From an uncultured Chloroflexia bacterium (GTDB taxonomy: Bacteria; Chloroflexota; Anaerolineae; CG2-30-64-16), in contig CAWEMM010000007.1 in the NCBI GenBank assembly GCA_963810095.1, positions 224,001 through 288,000 of the forward strand: a stretch of 64,000 nt of DNA, in the 5' to 3' direction. The notes below the pieces were generated by a model, which did no database searches, was not told the DNA's origin, and saw nothing but the letters and a program-made list of their open reading frames with translations. Positions 11,804-21,616 of the stretch are shown here, one piece after another. The translations under genes and the position numbers were made by a program. Position 1 is the stretch's first letter, and the number at the start of each line of letters is the position of its first letter.

Positions 11804-12535
11804 CTACGGCTCCAAGACAGTTGCGGGATCCAGGTAGCCCTTGCCGGCAGCGGGGAAGCTGTCGGGATGGTTCGGGTAGGTGTAGCCCCGGCCTGCGACG
11901 AGCCCGTTGCAGTCAGGAGCGGACCCGTAGATGCTGCGTGCGTTCAGGAACTTCCTGATCTCGAAGTGCAGGTGTGAGTCGTCGCCCGAAGGGTGCAACG
12001 CCGGGAAGCGCCCCGTATAGCGCTGCTTGAGCACGGTGCCAAGCCGCTGGCCCCGCGCGACCGTATCCCCCTCGCTCACCTCGAGCGAGTTGTCGTCCAG
12101 GTGTGCATAGACGCTGTAAAGGGTCCCGTCTGCCGACTCGTGCGCCAGGATGACGACCAGACCAGGGTAGTTGATATCCGGGTTGGCGTACACCACCTTA
12201 CCCGCGGCCGCGGCGGTCACTTCGGCGCCCGCGGTGCTCTTGCCGTCCACCCGATACAGGTCCTGCCCCGCGTGCCACAGTTTCTCCCATGCAATGCCGA
12301 AGCAGGTAAGCCCCTTCAAGTCCGGGTTCTGCACGTCGTAGTTCGTGTCTTCGACAAGCTTCGCGCCCTCCTTCGTGACCCGCGGCCCGTAGGCGATACC
12401 GTCATGCGCGCCCAGAGGCGGCCCGAACGAGGTGTCCGCCGCGGAGGTCGAGGCGGTCGGGACGGTGAGAGCGGCCAGAAGAACCAGGCAGATGGGTAGC
12501 GCCCACTCTAGTTGCCTTCGCCGGCTCGTCTTCAT
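11804..12535 (-). CDS. Secreted M23 family metallopeptidase
   Basis: HAGQD, YAHL and HLHFE motifs; signal peptide. Confidence 0.88.
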   Translation of the reverse strand: MKTSRRRQLEWALPICLVLLAALTVPTASTSAADTSFGPPLGAHDGIAYGPRVTKEGAKLVEDTNYDVQNPDLKGLTCFGIAWEKLWHAGQDLYRVDGKSTAGAEVTAAAAGKVVYANPDINYPGLVVILAHESADGTLYSVYAHLDDNSLEVSEGDTVARGQRLGTVLKQRYTGRFPALHPSGDDSHLHFEIRKFLNARSIYGSAPDCNGLVAGRGYTYPNHPDSFPAAGKGYLDPATVLEP

Positions 12536-13152
12536 GGCGCGACCTTGAGCGTTGCCAGGATTTGGTAGAACAGGGCCAGCGCCTGGGGATCGAGCGCAAC
12601 CGTCGCGGTGTCGTGCACCGGGGCCACAATGTATACCTTGTCGCCGTACGGCACGATCAGCGAGAAATCGGCTCCGCGGCCCAGCTGCACGCCCGAGAGT
12701 CCGGCCACGGTGGCACTCATCGTCTCCTGCGCCCAGCCGCCCGCGGGCTCGCCCGGCCGCGTTCGGCGGTACAACGCCTCGACGACCTGCTCCACCCCGA
12801 CGCGGTTGGGATTGGGCTCAGCACGCACGACCATGCCCTGGTACCCTTCCACGTCGGGAAGGCTAAACTGGAGCCGCGCCGTATAGATGCCAGCCTTGCT
12901 CGTGCCCGAGGTGAATTCGACATCTTGCGGGAAACTGAGCGAGTAGCCCAAGCTCGCTTCCGTGTAGCTCTGCCAGCCGGCCGGGGCGGCGGGGAGGGCA
13001 GTGGTGATGACTGAGGCGGCGGGGCCGGCCGAGCCTGCCGCAGGGCCGACGGAGGGTGCAGGCGCGGCGGTGGTGCACGCGGACAGCAGCAGCGCGGCCA
13101 CCACGCCGCGGAACAAGCCCTTCGTATGCAGAGACAGACGCCCCGGTCTCAC
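12532..13152 (-). CDS. Hypothetical lipoprotein
   Basis: LLLSAC lipobox; W..Y…GYSLSFP; 4-nt overlap with the M23 gene. Confidence 0.7.
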   Translation of the reverse strand: MRPGRLSLHTKGLFRGVVAALLLSACTTAAPAPSVGPAAGSAGPAASVITTALPAAPAGWQSYTEASLGYSLSFPQDVEFTSGTSKAGIYTARLQFSLPDVEGYQGMVVRAEPNPNRVGVEQVVEALYRRTRPGEPAGGWAQETMSATVAGLSGVQLGRGADFSLIVPYGDKVYIVAPVHDTATVALDPQALALFYQILATLKVAP

Positions 13153-13251
13153 CTGACCCCCCTTCCACCAGGCAATGCTCCATCACAATACCCGGTGCGA
13201 GGGACCTGCATCTGTCAGGCTACAAACATTCTTGGTTACGCTGCCGCGACT

Positions 13252-13961
13252 TCACTCGGACGATTGCATGCGATCTTCGATCTCCCAGGTATGGTCGACG
13301 ACGTGATACGCGACCCGGCGCACGAAGTAGCGGGCGGGCCAGCCGCGCGCCGCCGCGCGGGCCGGGCGGCGGCAGGCCCACCGGCGCGGCGGCTGCCAAC
13401 CCTTCCAGCACCTTGTCACGGCTTACTGCCAGAGCCGCAGCGGGATCCGCCATGCTCGTCAATGCCCTCCACTCGACCTTGATGCCGGTCCGCCCGGCAT
13501 AAGCCGCTTCGGCCTCGGCGACGTGGCGCACGATCGCGTCGAGTTCCCGCCCACCTCCGCCGCGGGCCCTTCCGCAGCGCACTGCCCCGTGCTGCTGCCA
13601 CCGCCCGGTCGAACGCGCCCCAGCAGGCACGCAGCAGGCGGACCGAGCGCGCCGTCTCGTCCTCACTTAGGGGCTCGGCATCGGCCGGCAGCAGCCGCTC
13701 GGGCACGCCCATGTCGGTCGCGGTGCTTCCTGTCAGCCGGTCGCACACCTGAAACTCGGCGATGCCGGTAGGCGCGGCGAACGTCAGCCCCGCGGCCTTC
13801 ACAACCGCAGCATAGCGGGGCGCAGCCTGGAGCAACGCGGCCAGCGCCGACCCTTCATCCTTTCCACCCCGGCACCAGCCCGGCCAGTCCACTGCCACCG
13901 CCAGCACGCGCTTCGAGCCGCTCTCCAGGTACACGTCGATGGTGCCCACGTCTGCTCCCAT
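13252..13961 (-). CDS. Conserved hypothetical (DinB-like four-helix) protein; two frameshifts
   Basis: DWPGWCR…LRKGP/RGGGRELDAIVRHVAEAE…/RYFVRRVAYHVVDHTWEIEDR across three frames. Confidence 0.65.
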
Positions 13962-14126
13962 GTTGCCTCCCGGTCTGCCCGACCCTATGTTCGCGTCATT
14001 CCCACTGTTCGTGAGCTGATTGTATCACAATCATTTGGCATGTGATCCAGACCCGTCGCAGTCAACGTATACTGAGCGGATGGGAAAGCCCCCCATCGAG
14101 TATCGGAAGAGAAGAGAGGTTTGGAG

Positions 14127-15431
14127 ATGAACAATTCGTGGTTCGGCAAGGCGTGGAAGTTGCGCTTGGCGTTGGTTTCGCTGTCCATTCTTGTGCTCGT
14201 ACTGGCCGGGTGCGCGGCCCAATCCGGCGCGGCCCAGCCCGGCTCGGCTGTGGCGACCCAGGCGCCCGCGCTGGCAACCCAAGTGGCTCCGACGGTCGCT
14301 GCCGTAGAGCCGACGGTGGCCGCGATGGCGACGGAAGCGGCAACTGTCGCACCGGCGGCCTCCACTGCGGTCACGACGACCGCGGCCGGCCCGGCGACGG
14401 TCATGATCAGCAAAAACGACAAACTCGGCGACATCCTGACCGACGAGAAGGGGATGACGCTGTACCTGTACACGAAGGATACGAAGAACACCTCCAACTG
14501 CTACGACAAGTGCGCGACCAACTGGCCGCCCTTGATGACCTCTGGCGCGCCGGTCGCGGGTGCAGGTGCGGACGCGACGCTGCTGGGCACGACGACCCGC
14601 AAGGACGGCAGCGTGCAGGTGACGTACAACGGTTGGCCGGTGTACTACTGGATCAAGGACCAGAAGCCCGGCGACGCGACCGGCCAGGACGTGGGCGGCG
14701 TGTGGTACGTGCTGAACGCCAAGGGCGAAGAAGTCGAGACGCCCGGCGGTGCTGCGGCAACCCCTGCGGCGACGAGCGCGGCCTCCAGCATGGCCGGGAC
14801 GGTCATGCTCGCCAAGAACGACAAGCTCGGCGACATCCTGACCGACGCGAAGGGCATGACCCTCTACCTGTTCACGAAGGACACGAAGAACACCAGCAAC
14901 TGCTACGATAAGTGCGCGACAAACTGGCCGCCCCTGCTCAGCCAGGGCCAGCCAACGGCGGGAACCGGTCTTGATGCGACGCTGCTGGGCACGACGACCC
15001 GCAAGGACGGCAGCGTGCAGGTGACGTACAACGGCTGGCCCCTGTACTACTGGGCCAAGGACCAGAAGCCCGGCGATACGACCGGCCAGGACGTGGGCGG
15101 GGTGTGGTACGTGCTGAACGCCAAGGGCGAAGAGGTCGAGACGCCTGCGGGCAGCTCGGCAGCGCCCGCCGCTGCGGCCGGAAAGACCGAAGACGTCTCC
15201 ATCAAGAACTTCAGCTTCGGCCAGCCGCTCACCGTGCCGGTTGGCACGACCGTCACCTGGAAGAACGAGGACAGCATGACCCACACGGTCACCGCGACCG
15301 ACAACTCGTTTGACTCCGGGGATCTGGAGCAGGGCGCGACCTTCAGTTTCACCTTCACGAAGGCCGGCACCTACAGCTACGTGTGCCAGCTCCATCCGAA
15401 CATGAAGGGCACGGTCACGGTTACCGGCTGA
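14127..15431 (+). CDS. Lipoprotein with two COG4315 (Y-X4-D) repeat domains and a C-terminal cupredoxin
   Basis: LAGC lipobox; duplicated GMTLY…CYDKCATNWPP…QVTYNGWP.YYW; H…CQLHPNM type-1 copper ligands. Confidence 0.88.
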   Translation: MNNSWFGKAWKLRLALVSLSILVLVLAGCAAQSGAAQPGSAVATQAPALATQVAPTVAAVEPTVAAMATEAATVAPAASTAVTTTAAGPATVMISKNDKLGDILTDEKGMTLYLYTKDTKNTSNCYDKCATNWPPLMTSGAPVAGAGADATLLGTTTRKDGSVQVTYNGWPVYYWIKDQKPGDATGQDVGGVWYVLNAKGEEVETPGGAAATPAATSAASSMAGTVMLAKNDKLGDILTDAKGMTLYLFTKDTKNTSNCYDKCATNWPPLLSQGQPTAGTGLDATLLGTTTRKDGSVQVTYNGWPLYYWAKDQKPGDTTGQDVGGVWYVLNAKGEEVETPAGSSAAPAAAAGKTEDVSIKNFSFGQPLTVPVGTTVTWKNEDSMTHTVTATDNSFDSGDLEQGATFSFTFTKAGTYSYVCQLHPNMKGTVTVTG

Positions 15432-15473
15432 TCGGGCTCGCCGCCGGGGACCGCTGTGAGTTGACTAACCATC

Positions 15474-15509
15474 GCCAGAAGGCCGGCAGCGTCGCCGGCC
15501 TTTTTTTGG
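15474..15509 (+). terminator. Rho-independent terminator
   Basis: AAGGCCGGC…GCCGGCCTTTTTTT. Confidence 0.8.
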
Positions 15510-15636
15510 CGTTCGGTGCGGATGACATAACAGGTGGGCCAGTCGGTGGAAAGACTACAGCGGCTGCCGGCCCGGGGTGCTATTCTCCCAACATCTCATG
15601 TACAACCCTGGGGTGTGCTGCCCCAAGGAGGATGCA

Positions 15637-16398
15637 ATGGACCGGCTGAACGGGAAACGGGCGCTCATCACGGGCGCGTCGCGCGGGCTGGGCCGCGAAC
15701 TGGCCCTGACCTTCGCGCGCGAGGGCGCGTCGCACCTGGTGCTCGCTGCGCGTGACCGGGCTGCGCTGGACGAAGTGAAGCGCGAGGTGGCGGGTGAGCG
15801 TCCTGACGCGCACGTCTTCGTGATCACCGTGGACTTGAACCGCGAGGAGGATGTCGAGCGCCTCGCCGCGCTCACGCTGACCGCTCTCGGCGGCCAGCTC
15901 GACGTGCTGGTGAATAACGCTTCGACGCTGGGACCGACGCCTATGCCGTACCTGCTCGACTATCCGCTCGAGGATTTTCGGCGGACGCTCAACGTCAACC
16001 TGATCGCGCCGTTTCTGCTGATCAAGAAACTGCTGCCTGCCATGGTCGAATGCGGCGGGGCGATCATCAACGTCACCAGCGACGCGGGTGTGACCGGCTA
16101 TCCGGGTTGGGGCGCTTACGGCATCTCGAAGTTCGGGCTGGAGGGACTCTCGCAGACCTGGGCTGCGGAACTGACCGATGCGGGCGTGCGGGTAAATTGG
16201 GTCGATCCGGGCAGCATGAACACGGAGATGCACCGGGCGGCTGAGCCTGGCGAGGACCCCGCTCAATGGGCCGACCCCGCCGCTTCCACCGGCGTATTCG
16301 TCTACCTGGCGTCAGATGATTCGAAGGGCGTCACAGGAAAGCGTTTGCTCGCCCAGGAGGAAGGGTGGGGCTTGGCCGGAGAGCCGGCCGCGGGATGA
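15637..16398 (+). CDS. SDR family oxidoreductase
   Basis: TGASRGLG, NNAS, YGISK. Confidence 0.92.
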   Translation: MDRLNGKRALITGASRGLGRELALTFAREGASHLVLAARDRAALDEVKREVAGERPDAHVFVITVDLNREEDVERLAALTLTALGGQLDVLVNNASTLGPTPMPYLLDYPLEDFRRTLNVNLIAPFLLIKKLLPAMVECGGAIINVTSDAGVTGYPGWGAYGISKFGLEGLSQTWAAELTDAGVRVNWVDPGSMNTEMHRAAEPGEDPAQWADPAASTGVFVYLASDDSKGVTGKRLLAQEEGWGLAGEPAAG

Positions 16399-17444
16399 CG
16401 GCGCCGTTCCAGTTCGAATTGCCGAAGGAGCTGGCCGCCAAGGAACCGCCCGAGCAGCGGGGCATCAGCCGCGACGCCGTCCGCCTGCTCGTGCTCGACC
16501 GCCAAACCTCGCATGTCGAGCATACACGGTTCGACCGCCTGGGGGATTACCTGAGGCCCGGCGACCTGCTCGTCTTCAACACGAGCCGGACCCTTCCTGC
16601 GTCTCTGGTCGGATGCGACCCCTCGCCCGGACCGTGCATCGAGGTGCGTCTTGCCGAGCACCTGCCCGACGACACGTGGTTGGCGCTGCTTCTCTGCCGC
16701 GACGACTCCGACCTGTTCGGCTGCGGGCTGGGTGAGGGGATCGAGCTGCGCTTCTCCGACGCGCTGACCTGCCGGGTGCTCGCGCCCGATCCTACCATCC
16801 CCCGCCTTTGGCAGATCCGTTTCTCCATGACCGGCATCGACCTGGTCGACGAGTTGTACCGCACCGGGCAGCCCGTGCGGTACAATTACGTGTCCGCGCC
16901 GTGGGACCTGGATTACTACCAGAACGTATTTGCCCGTGAGCCTGGCTCGGCCGAGATGGCATCCGCAGGCCGTGCCTTCACATGGCGGCTGCTCTTCGAC
17001 CTGCGCCGTAGGGGCGTGGAAATGGCCTATATCGTCCTGCACACCACGCTCTCGTCCTATATGGACGACGACTTGGACGCGCAGCACCCCGCGGCAGAGG
17101 AGGAGTACGTCATCGGGGAGGACGCCGCGAGGGCTATCAACGCGGCGCACGCTCGGGGCAGCCGGGTGATTGCGGTGGGCACGACGGTCGTACGCGGGCT
17201 GGAAGCGGCCGCAACGCAGGGCCGCGTGCAGGCCGAGCACGGCTACACGCGGCTCCATATTTCCGAACAGCACCGGCTTCAGGTGGTCGACGGCCTGCTC
17301 ACGGGCTTGCACGAGCCGATGGCGAGCCATCTCGACCTGCTCACCGCGTTTCTGGCGCCCCAACAAATCAAGGCTGCCTACGAGGAAGCGATCCGGCTCG
17401 GCTATCTATGGCACGAGTTCGGCGATCTGAACCTGATCGTTTAG
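16395..17444 (+). CDS. QueA-family (QueA-like) SAM:tRNA ribosyltransferase-isomerase
   Basis: FELPKELAA…PGDLLVFN.S…YQNVFA…GSAEM…AVGTTVVR…YLWHEFGD; overlaps the SDR stop. Confidence 0.85.
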   Translation: MTAPFQFELPKELAAKEPPEQRGISRDAVRLLVLDRQTSHVEHTRFDRLGDYLRPGDLLVFNTSRTLPASLVGCDPSPGPCIEVRLAEHLPDDTWLALLLCRDDSDLFGCGLGEGIELRFSDALTCRVLAPDPTIPRLWQIRFSMTGIDLVDELYRTGQPVRYNYVSAPWDLDYYQNVFAREPGSAEMASAGRAFTWRLLFDLRRRGVEMAYIVLHTTLSSYMDDDLDAQHPAAEEEYVIGEDAARAINAAHARGSRVIAVGTTVVRGLEAAATQGRVQAEHGYTRLHISEQHRLQVVDGLLTGLHEPMASHLDLLTAFLAPQQIKAAYEEAIRLGYLWHEFGDLNLIV

Positions 17445-17510
17445 TGCGCCTAATAAAGCCCGGTTGTGCAGGGGCGAGACACCCTCGGGTGCCTCGCCCC
17501 TGCTAGATGA

Positions 17511-19397
17511 TCAGGGGACGGCAATCTTGCCCGTGATCGAGCCGAACCGGTCGGCTGCGTAGTACGACGAAGCGATGCCCTTGCGCCAGGCGTCGCGGGC
17601 GGCTGTGGAGGTCTCGACGCGCCAGTCGACGCCGTCGAATTGCCAGTTGAAGTACACTGCCGCCTTGATGCTCTTGTACTTGCCCGGAATCTGCGTGCTG
17701 AGCGCATCCGTAAACCAGCTGGCCTTCGAGCCGCCCTGCTCCACCGAGCCGAACTCGCCGATCATCATCGGCTTGGCCGGCGCGATCTTGAGGATCTCGT
17801 TGTAGGAGTAGCTGTACACCTGGTCGAAGGATTGCCACCCCGACGAGCGATTCGAGCCCCAGTTGTAGCCGTCCAGGCAGGTCCAGTCCACGTAGGAGTC
17901 GCCCGGATACAGCGACGCGAACGACGGGTTGGTGGTGTTCGGGTAGTCGATGTTGGGGCACCACACGTAGGAGGCGTTGCTGACGCCCACCTGGCGGAAG
18001 ATGTCGACAATGTGGCGCCACGCCTGCACGAACTGGCCGCGTTGGTTGCCGTTCTGGGTCTCCTGCCAGTTGTAGCCCCACGAACCGTTCATCTCGTGCA
18101 TGATGCGCAGGAAGAAGGGGAAGCCCCAGCTCTTGGCGTCGGTAGCGAACTGCCGGATGTAGGCGTCGTGCGTCCCGTTGATGATGTCGCCCAGCTGCCA
18201 CTTGTCGGCCGGCCCACCTTCGGGCGTCCATGAGATCATCGGAATTGCGCCGTGCGAGCGTGCGCTGTTGATCGTGCCATTCGACCAATTCTGGTAGGCT
18301 CCGGAGCTATTGCCCCAGAAATGACCCCAGTTGATGATCGAGACGGCCTTGCCCGTCACATCGCGCTCCCAGGCCGAGAGCACGTTCGGGTCCCACGGCA
18401 CGCCCGACATGTTCACGCCCCAGTAGATCGAGCCGGAGACGCCCGGGGTCGCGGTGGGCTGTGCAGTCGGGACCGGCGTGCCGGTTGCCGCGGCATTGTT
18501 CACCGTGAAAGTGCTGGTGACCTTGGTCGTGCCACCGCTGAGCAGGTCTGCCGACGCGGTGATGGTGTGCTGCCCGTTGGCGAGTTGCGCCGTATTGTAG
18601 GGATTCGCGGCCGTCGCCGACCCGCCTGCGAAATCGTAAGGAGCGCCGTTTTCTGTCTGGAAAGGCGTGCCGCTTGCGGCCGTGTTGTCGAGGTAGAAGC
18701 GGACCTGGCTCGCCCCCGAGCCGGGATTGAGGAACACGTAAATGTTGCCCGAAACGGTCTGGCCCTGCAGCGCAGCGGGGTTCGTGCGGTCGGCGGCCTT
18801 GCTGAGCGACAGCGAGTAGCTGCTGGCGGGCGTCGCCGTGGCCGGGAGCTTGGTCGGCGTTGCCGTCGGTGCGATTGTGGGCACCTTCGTCGCAGTAGGC
18901 GCCGGGACCGTTGGGGCGGCTGTCTTAATGGGCGTAGCCGTCGGGGCGGTCACCCCGTTGCTGACCGTAAACGTCGAAGTGATCTTCGTGGTGCCGCCGC
19001 CGCTCAGGTCGATAGCCGCCGTGATGCTGTGCGAGCCGTTGGACAGCTTTGCAGTGTCATACGGGGTGGGGGCGGTTGCGGAGCCGCCAGCGAAATCGTA
19101 CGGCGCGTTATTCTCCGTCTGAAAGGGCGTACCGCTGGCCGCCGTGTTATCCAGGTAGAAGCGCACCTGGGTCGCACCCGTATCGGGTGTCACGAACACG
19201 TAGATGTTGCCGGCGACCGTCTGGCCCTGCAGCGCGACGGGGCTCGTCCGGCCAGACGACTTGCTGAGCGAGAGCGAATAGCTGGTGGCCTGCGCGGCCG
19301 TGTAGGTGTGCGAGAGCGGGGCTGCAATGGGGGCTGCAACCGGGCTGATCAATGCGCTCAACGCGAGGACGAGCGCTACAACGAAAGTGGGTACCAT
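17511..19397 (-). CDS. Secreted GH26 glycoside hydrolase with two tandem Ig-like domains
   Basis: RIMHEMNGSW, YPGDSYVDW, MIGEFG; duplicated SYSLSLSK…ALQGQTV.GNIYVF units. Confidence 0.87.
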   Translation of the reverse strand: MVPTFVVALVLALSALISPVAAPIAAPLSHTYTAAQATSYSLSLSKSSGRTSPVALQGQTVAGNIYVFVTPDTGATQVRFYLDNTAASGTPFQTENNAPYDFAGGSATAPTPYDTAKLSNGSHSITAAIDLSGGGTTKITSTFTVSNGVTAPTATPIKTAAPTVPAPTATKVPTIAPTATPTKLPATATPASSYSLSLSKAADRTNPAALQGQTVSGNIYVFLNPGSGASQVRFYLDNTAASGTPFQTENGAPYDFAGGSATAANPYNTAQLANGQHTITASADLLSGGTTKVTSTFTVNNAAATGTPVPTAQPTATPGVSGSIYWGVNMSGVPWDPNVLSAWERDVTGKAVSIINWGHFWGNSSGAYQNWSNGTINSARSHGAIPMISWTPEGGPADKWQLGDIINGTHDAYIRQFATDAKSWGFPFFLRIMHEMNGSWGYNWQETQNGNQRGQFVQAWRHIVDIFRQVGVSNASYVWCPNIDYPNTTNPSFASLYPGDSYVDWTCLDGYNWGSNRSSGWQSFDQVYSYSYNEILKIAPAKPMMIGEFGSVEQGGSKASWFTDALSTQIPGKYKSIKAAVYFNWQFDGVDWRVETSTAARDAWRKGIASSYYAADRFGSITGKIAVP

Positions 19398-19813
19398 GGG
19401 GGAAGTCTCCTTTTCTCCATCATGGATAGCGCCGCCACAAGCACAGGAGTGAGTCTGCCATGCTCCGGCCGAGGACCGGGGGGAGTGGAAGCGCCAGGAC
19501 GCGCCGCAGGAGCCAAGTTGATCACCGGCGCGCCGAATCAAGCCGCGACGAAGCCGCGGACGGCCTGGTCTGCTGTTGTCAGAGATCAGGCGAGAGAACT
19601 AATCCAGTAAGGCGCTAACCTAATGGGGTCAATAAAGAGAACTTATAACGAGGTTTGATTTGAACCAGTAATACACATGACGTATGCGTCATCCAGGAGT
19701 ACTACGTCAATAGTACTACAATAATTTAGATCGCGCAAATCGAGCCTATCAAGAAAGATCGCGCACCGCGCGCGAACGGAAGGTGGGGTGTTCGATCGCA
19801 CCCCGTAGACGCG

Positions 19814-19848
19814 ATCGAGGGGACCCGCCGAGGCCGGGTCCCCTCGAT
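19814..19848. terminator. Stem-loop / terminator
   Basis: ATCGAGGGGACCCG…CGGGTCCCCTCGAT. Confidence 0.6.
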
Positions 19849-19883
19849 ACTCGCCGATAGGGATGTCGGACTTGCCGGCGATC

Positions 19884-20033
19884 CTACTTGATCTTCAGCA
19901 CCTCGCCGATCGGGACGATGCAGTTGTTGCTCACGTAGATTGCGCCCGCGCAGTTGATCGCCAGGCCGCCGGGGGCGGTGAGCCCGGTGCTCGCGATCTC
20001 GGTCTTGTTTCCTTGCTTGTCGACCTTGATTCG
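19884..20033 (-). pseudogene. C-terminal remnant of a ScyD/ScyE-like beta-propeller gene
   Basis: IKVDKQGNKTEIASTGLTAPGGLAINCAGAIYVSNN…GEVLKIK*; no start codon. Confidence 0.55.
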
Positions 20034-20064
20034 GGCGAAGCGCTCGCCTCGAGCTTATTCTGTC

Positions 20065-21006
20065 CTACTCAACGACCCTCAGCACGATTTTACCTTGTGT
20101 TCGGCGGGTCTCGATCGCTTCGTGTGCGTCCGCAGCTTCTCGCAATGGGAAGGTGGCGGACACGTACGGCTTCACTTGTCCCTCGTCCATCAGGGCCGCA
20201 ATCTGCCCCAGGATGGCGGGATCATTATGTCCCATGACCATCTGGCCTCGCACACCGTGCGCCTGCATTCTGTCCTCAGATGGCTGCTCCATTAACGAAA
20301 CCAGGATGCCTCCACGTTTCAAGGTGCCCCAGGATCGGTGCTGCGTCTCCCCGCCGACCGTGTCCAGCACTAGGTCAACGTCCTGGGCGCGTTCCTCGAA
20401 AGGCGTGGTGGTATAGTCGATCACCTCGTCGGCGCCAAGGCCGCGCAAGAAATCGAGACGCTGGCCCGAGCCCGTCGCGATGACGCGTGCGCCCCGGCAT
20501 TTCGCGAACTGTACGGCCAGGTGGCCCACCCCGCCTGCCGCGCCATGGATTAGCGCGGTCTCGCCCTCCGTCAGACCGCCGGCCTCGAACAGCGCCTCCC
20601 ACGCCGTCAACCCGGCGTGCGGGACGGCGGCGGCTGCGATGTGATCGACGGCTGACGGCTTTCTTACGACGTCGGATGCAGGGACGCAGACGAAGTCCGC
20701 ATACGCCCCGTCGCGCATCGGGTCCGTGCGCGCGAATACCTCGTCACCGGCGCGGAAACCCCTGGCGTCAGGTCCCACAGCCTCGACCACCCCTGACACA
20801 TCGAGACCCAATATGAGCGGGAAGGTGCGCGGAAACCATCCCGCCATGTAACCTTGCCGCATTGCGGCGTCCACAGGATTGACGCCTGCGGCGAGCACCC
20901 GGATCAACAGGTCTCCGTTTCGAGCCTCTGGGCACGGAGCGTCCTCGTAGATAAGTCCACTGCGGTCACCGTAGGAGTGGAGTCGAACAGCCTTCATGAC
21001 GGACAT
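20065..21006 (-). CDS. NADP-dependent MDR/quinone oxidoreductase
   Basis: AAGVNPVD, LGLDVSG, HGAAGGVG, GKIVL. Confidence 0.92.
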   Translation of the reverse strand: MSVMKAVRLHSYGDRSGLIYEDAPCPEARNGDLLIRVLAAGVNPVDAAMRQGYMAGWFPRTFPLILGLDVSGVVEAVGPDARGFRAGDEVFARTDPMRDGAYADFVCVPASDVVRKPSAVDHIAAAAVPHAGLTAWEALFEAGGLTEGETALIHGAAGGVGHLAVQFAKCRGARVIATGSGQRLDFLRGLGADEVIDYTTTPFEERAQDVDLVLDTVGGETQHRSWGTLKRGGILVSLMEQPSEDRMQAHGVRGQMVMGHNDPAILGQIAALMDEGQVKPYVSATFPLREAADAHEAIETRRTQGKIVLRVVE

Positions 21007-21054
21007 GTGAACCTCCCGCTTCCGATCGCAGCGGCAGAGCACCGAAAGCCAAGT

Positions 21055-21118
21055 GTAAGATGCAACAAGAATCAAAGTCTTGCAAGCGACTTGTATCTTA
21101 CTTGTCCTTGACTGTCAA
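21055..21118. promoter_or_regulatory. Inverted repeats (putative operator)
   Basis: GTAAGATGCAA…TTGTATCTTAC (1 mismatch) and TTGACTGTCAA. Confidence 0.4.
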
Positions 21119-21616
21119 GTCCCAGGAGATGGCTCGTGCTCGGGGACGCGAGGCGACGAAAGGTCGGGCTCGCCCCTTACTGAGGAAGCTGCCGGGCATG
21201 CCGTTCGCGGCAACGAGGAGGGCCGAGTAGATGCGAAACCAGCGGGAGGATTGCCGAACTCCACGCTTCGCAACAAAAAGTAATCCGGCCGTCACCGTGC
21301 TGGCAAAGTGACTGCCGGATTACCTGCCTCAACCGGACGCATTCGTCCTATGGGGAACCGGTGGCGGGCTGCCTAATTCCCGTTCACCAGTTGTCAGTGT
21401 TTCATCGACGTTCGGTCGACGGTGCGGCCCGCGTTTGACGTGTGCCCGTTTGGCGTTACAATGGCACCGATAGCTCAGCGCCTGGATCGGGTCGCGGACC
21501 AGATTCTGGCGTTCTGAGTATCGAATGCCAGCCTCCCTTCGACAGCCGAACGAAGTGTGATATTTACGTCATGTTTCGACCAACCCCTTTCTCACCCCAA
21601 AGTATGAGGAGCTTGA

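Noticed and set aside
14400-15140. Long direct repeat as a possible mobile element or CRISPR
   Set aside because: In-frame intragenic domain duplication.
21138-21147. GCTCGGGGAC matches the 3' end of tRNA-Gln (possible att site bounding a 27-kb island)
   Set aside because: Only 10 nt in GC-rich DNA and no integrase in the window; compatible with chance.
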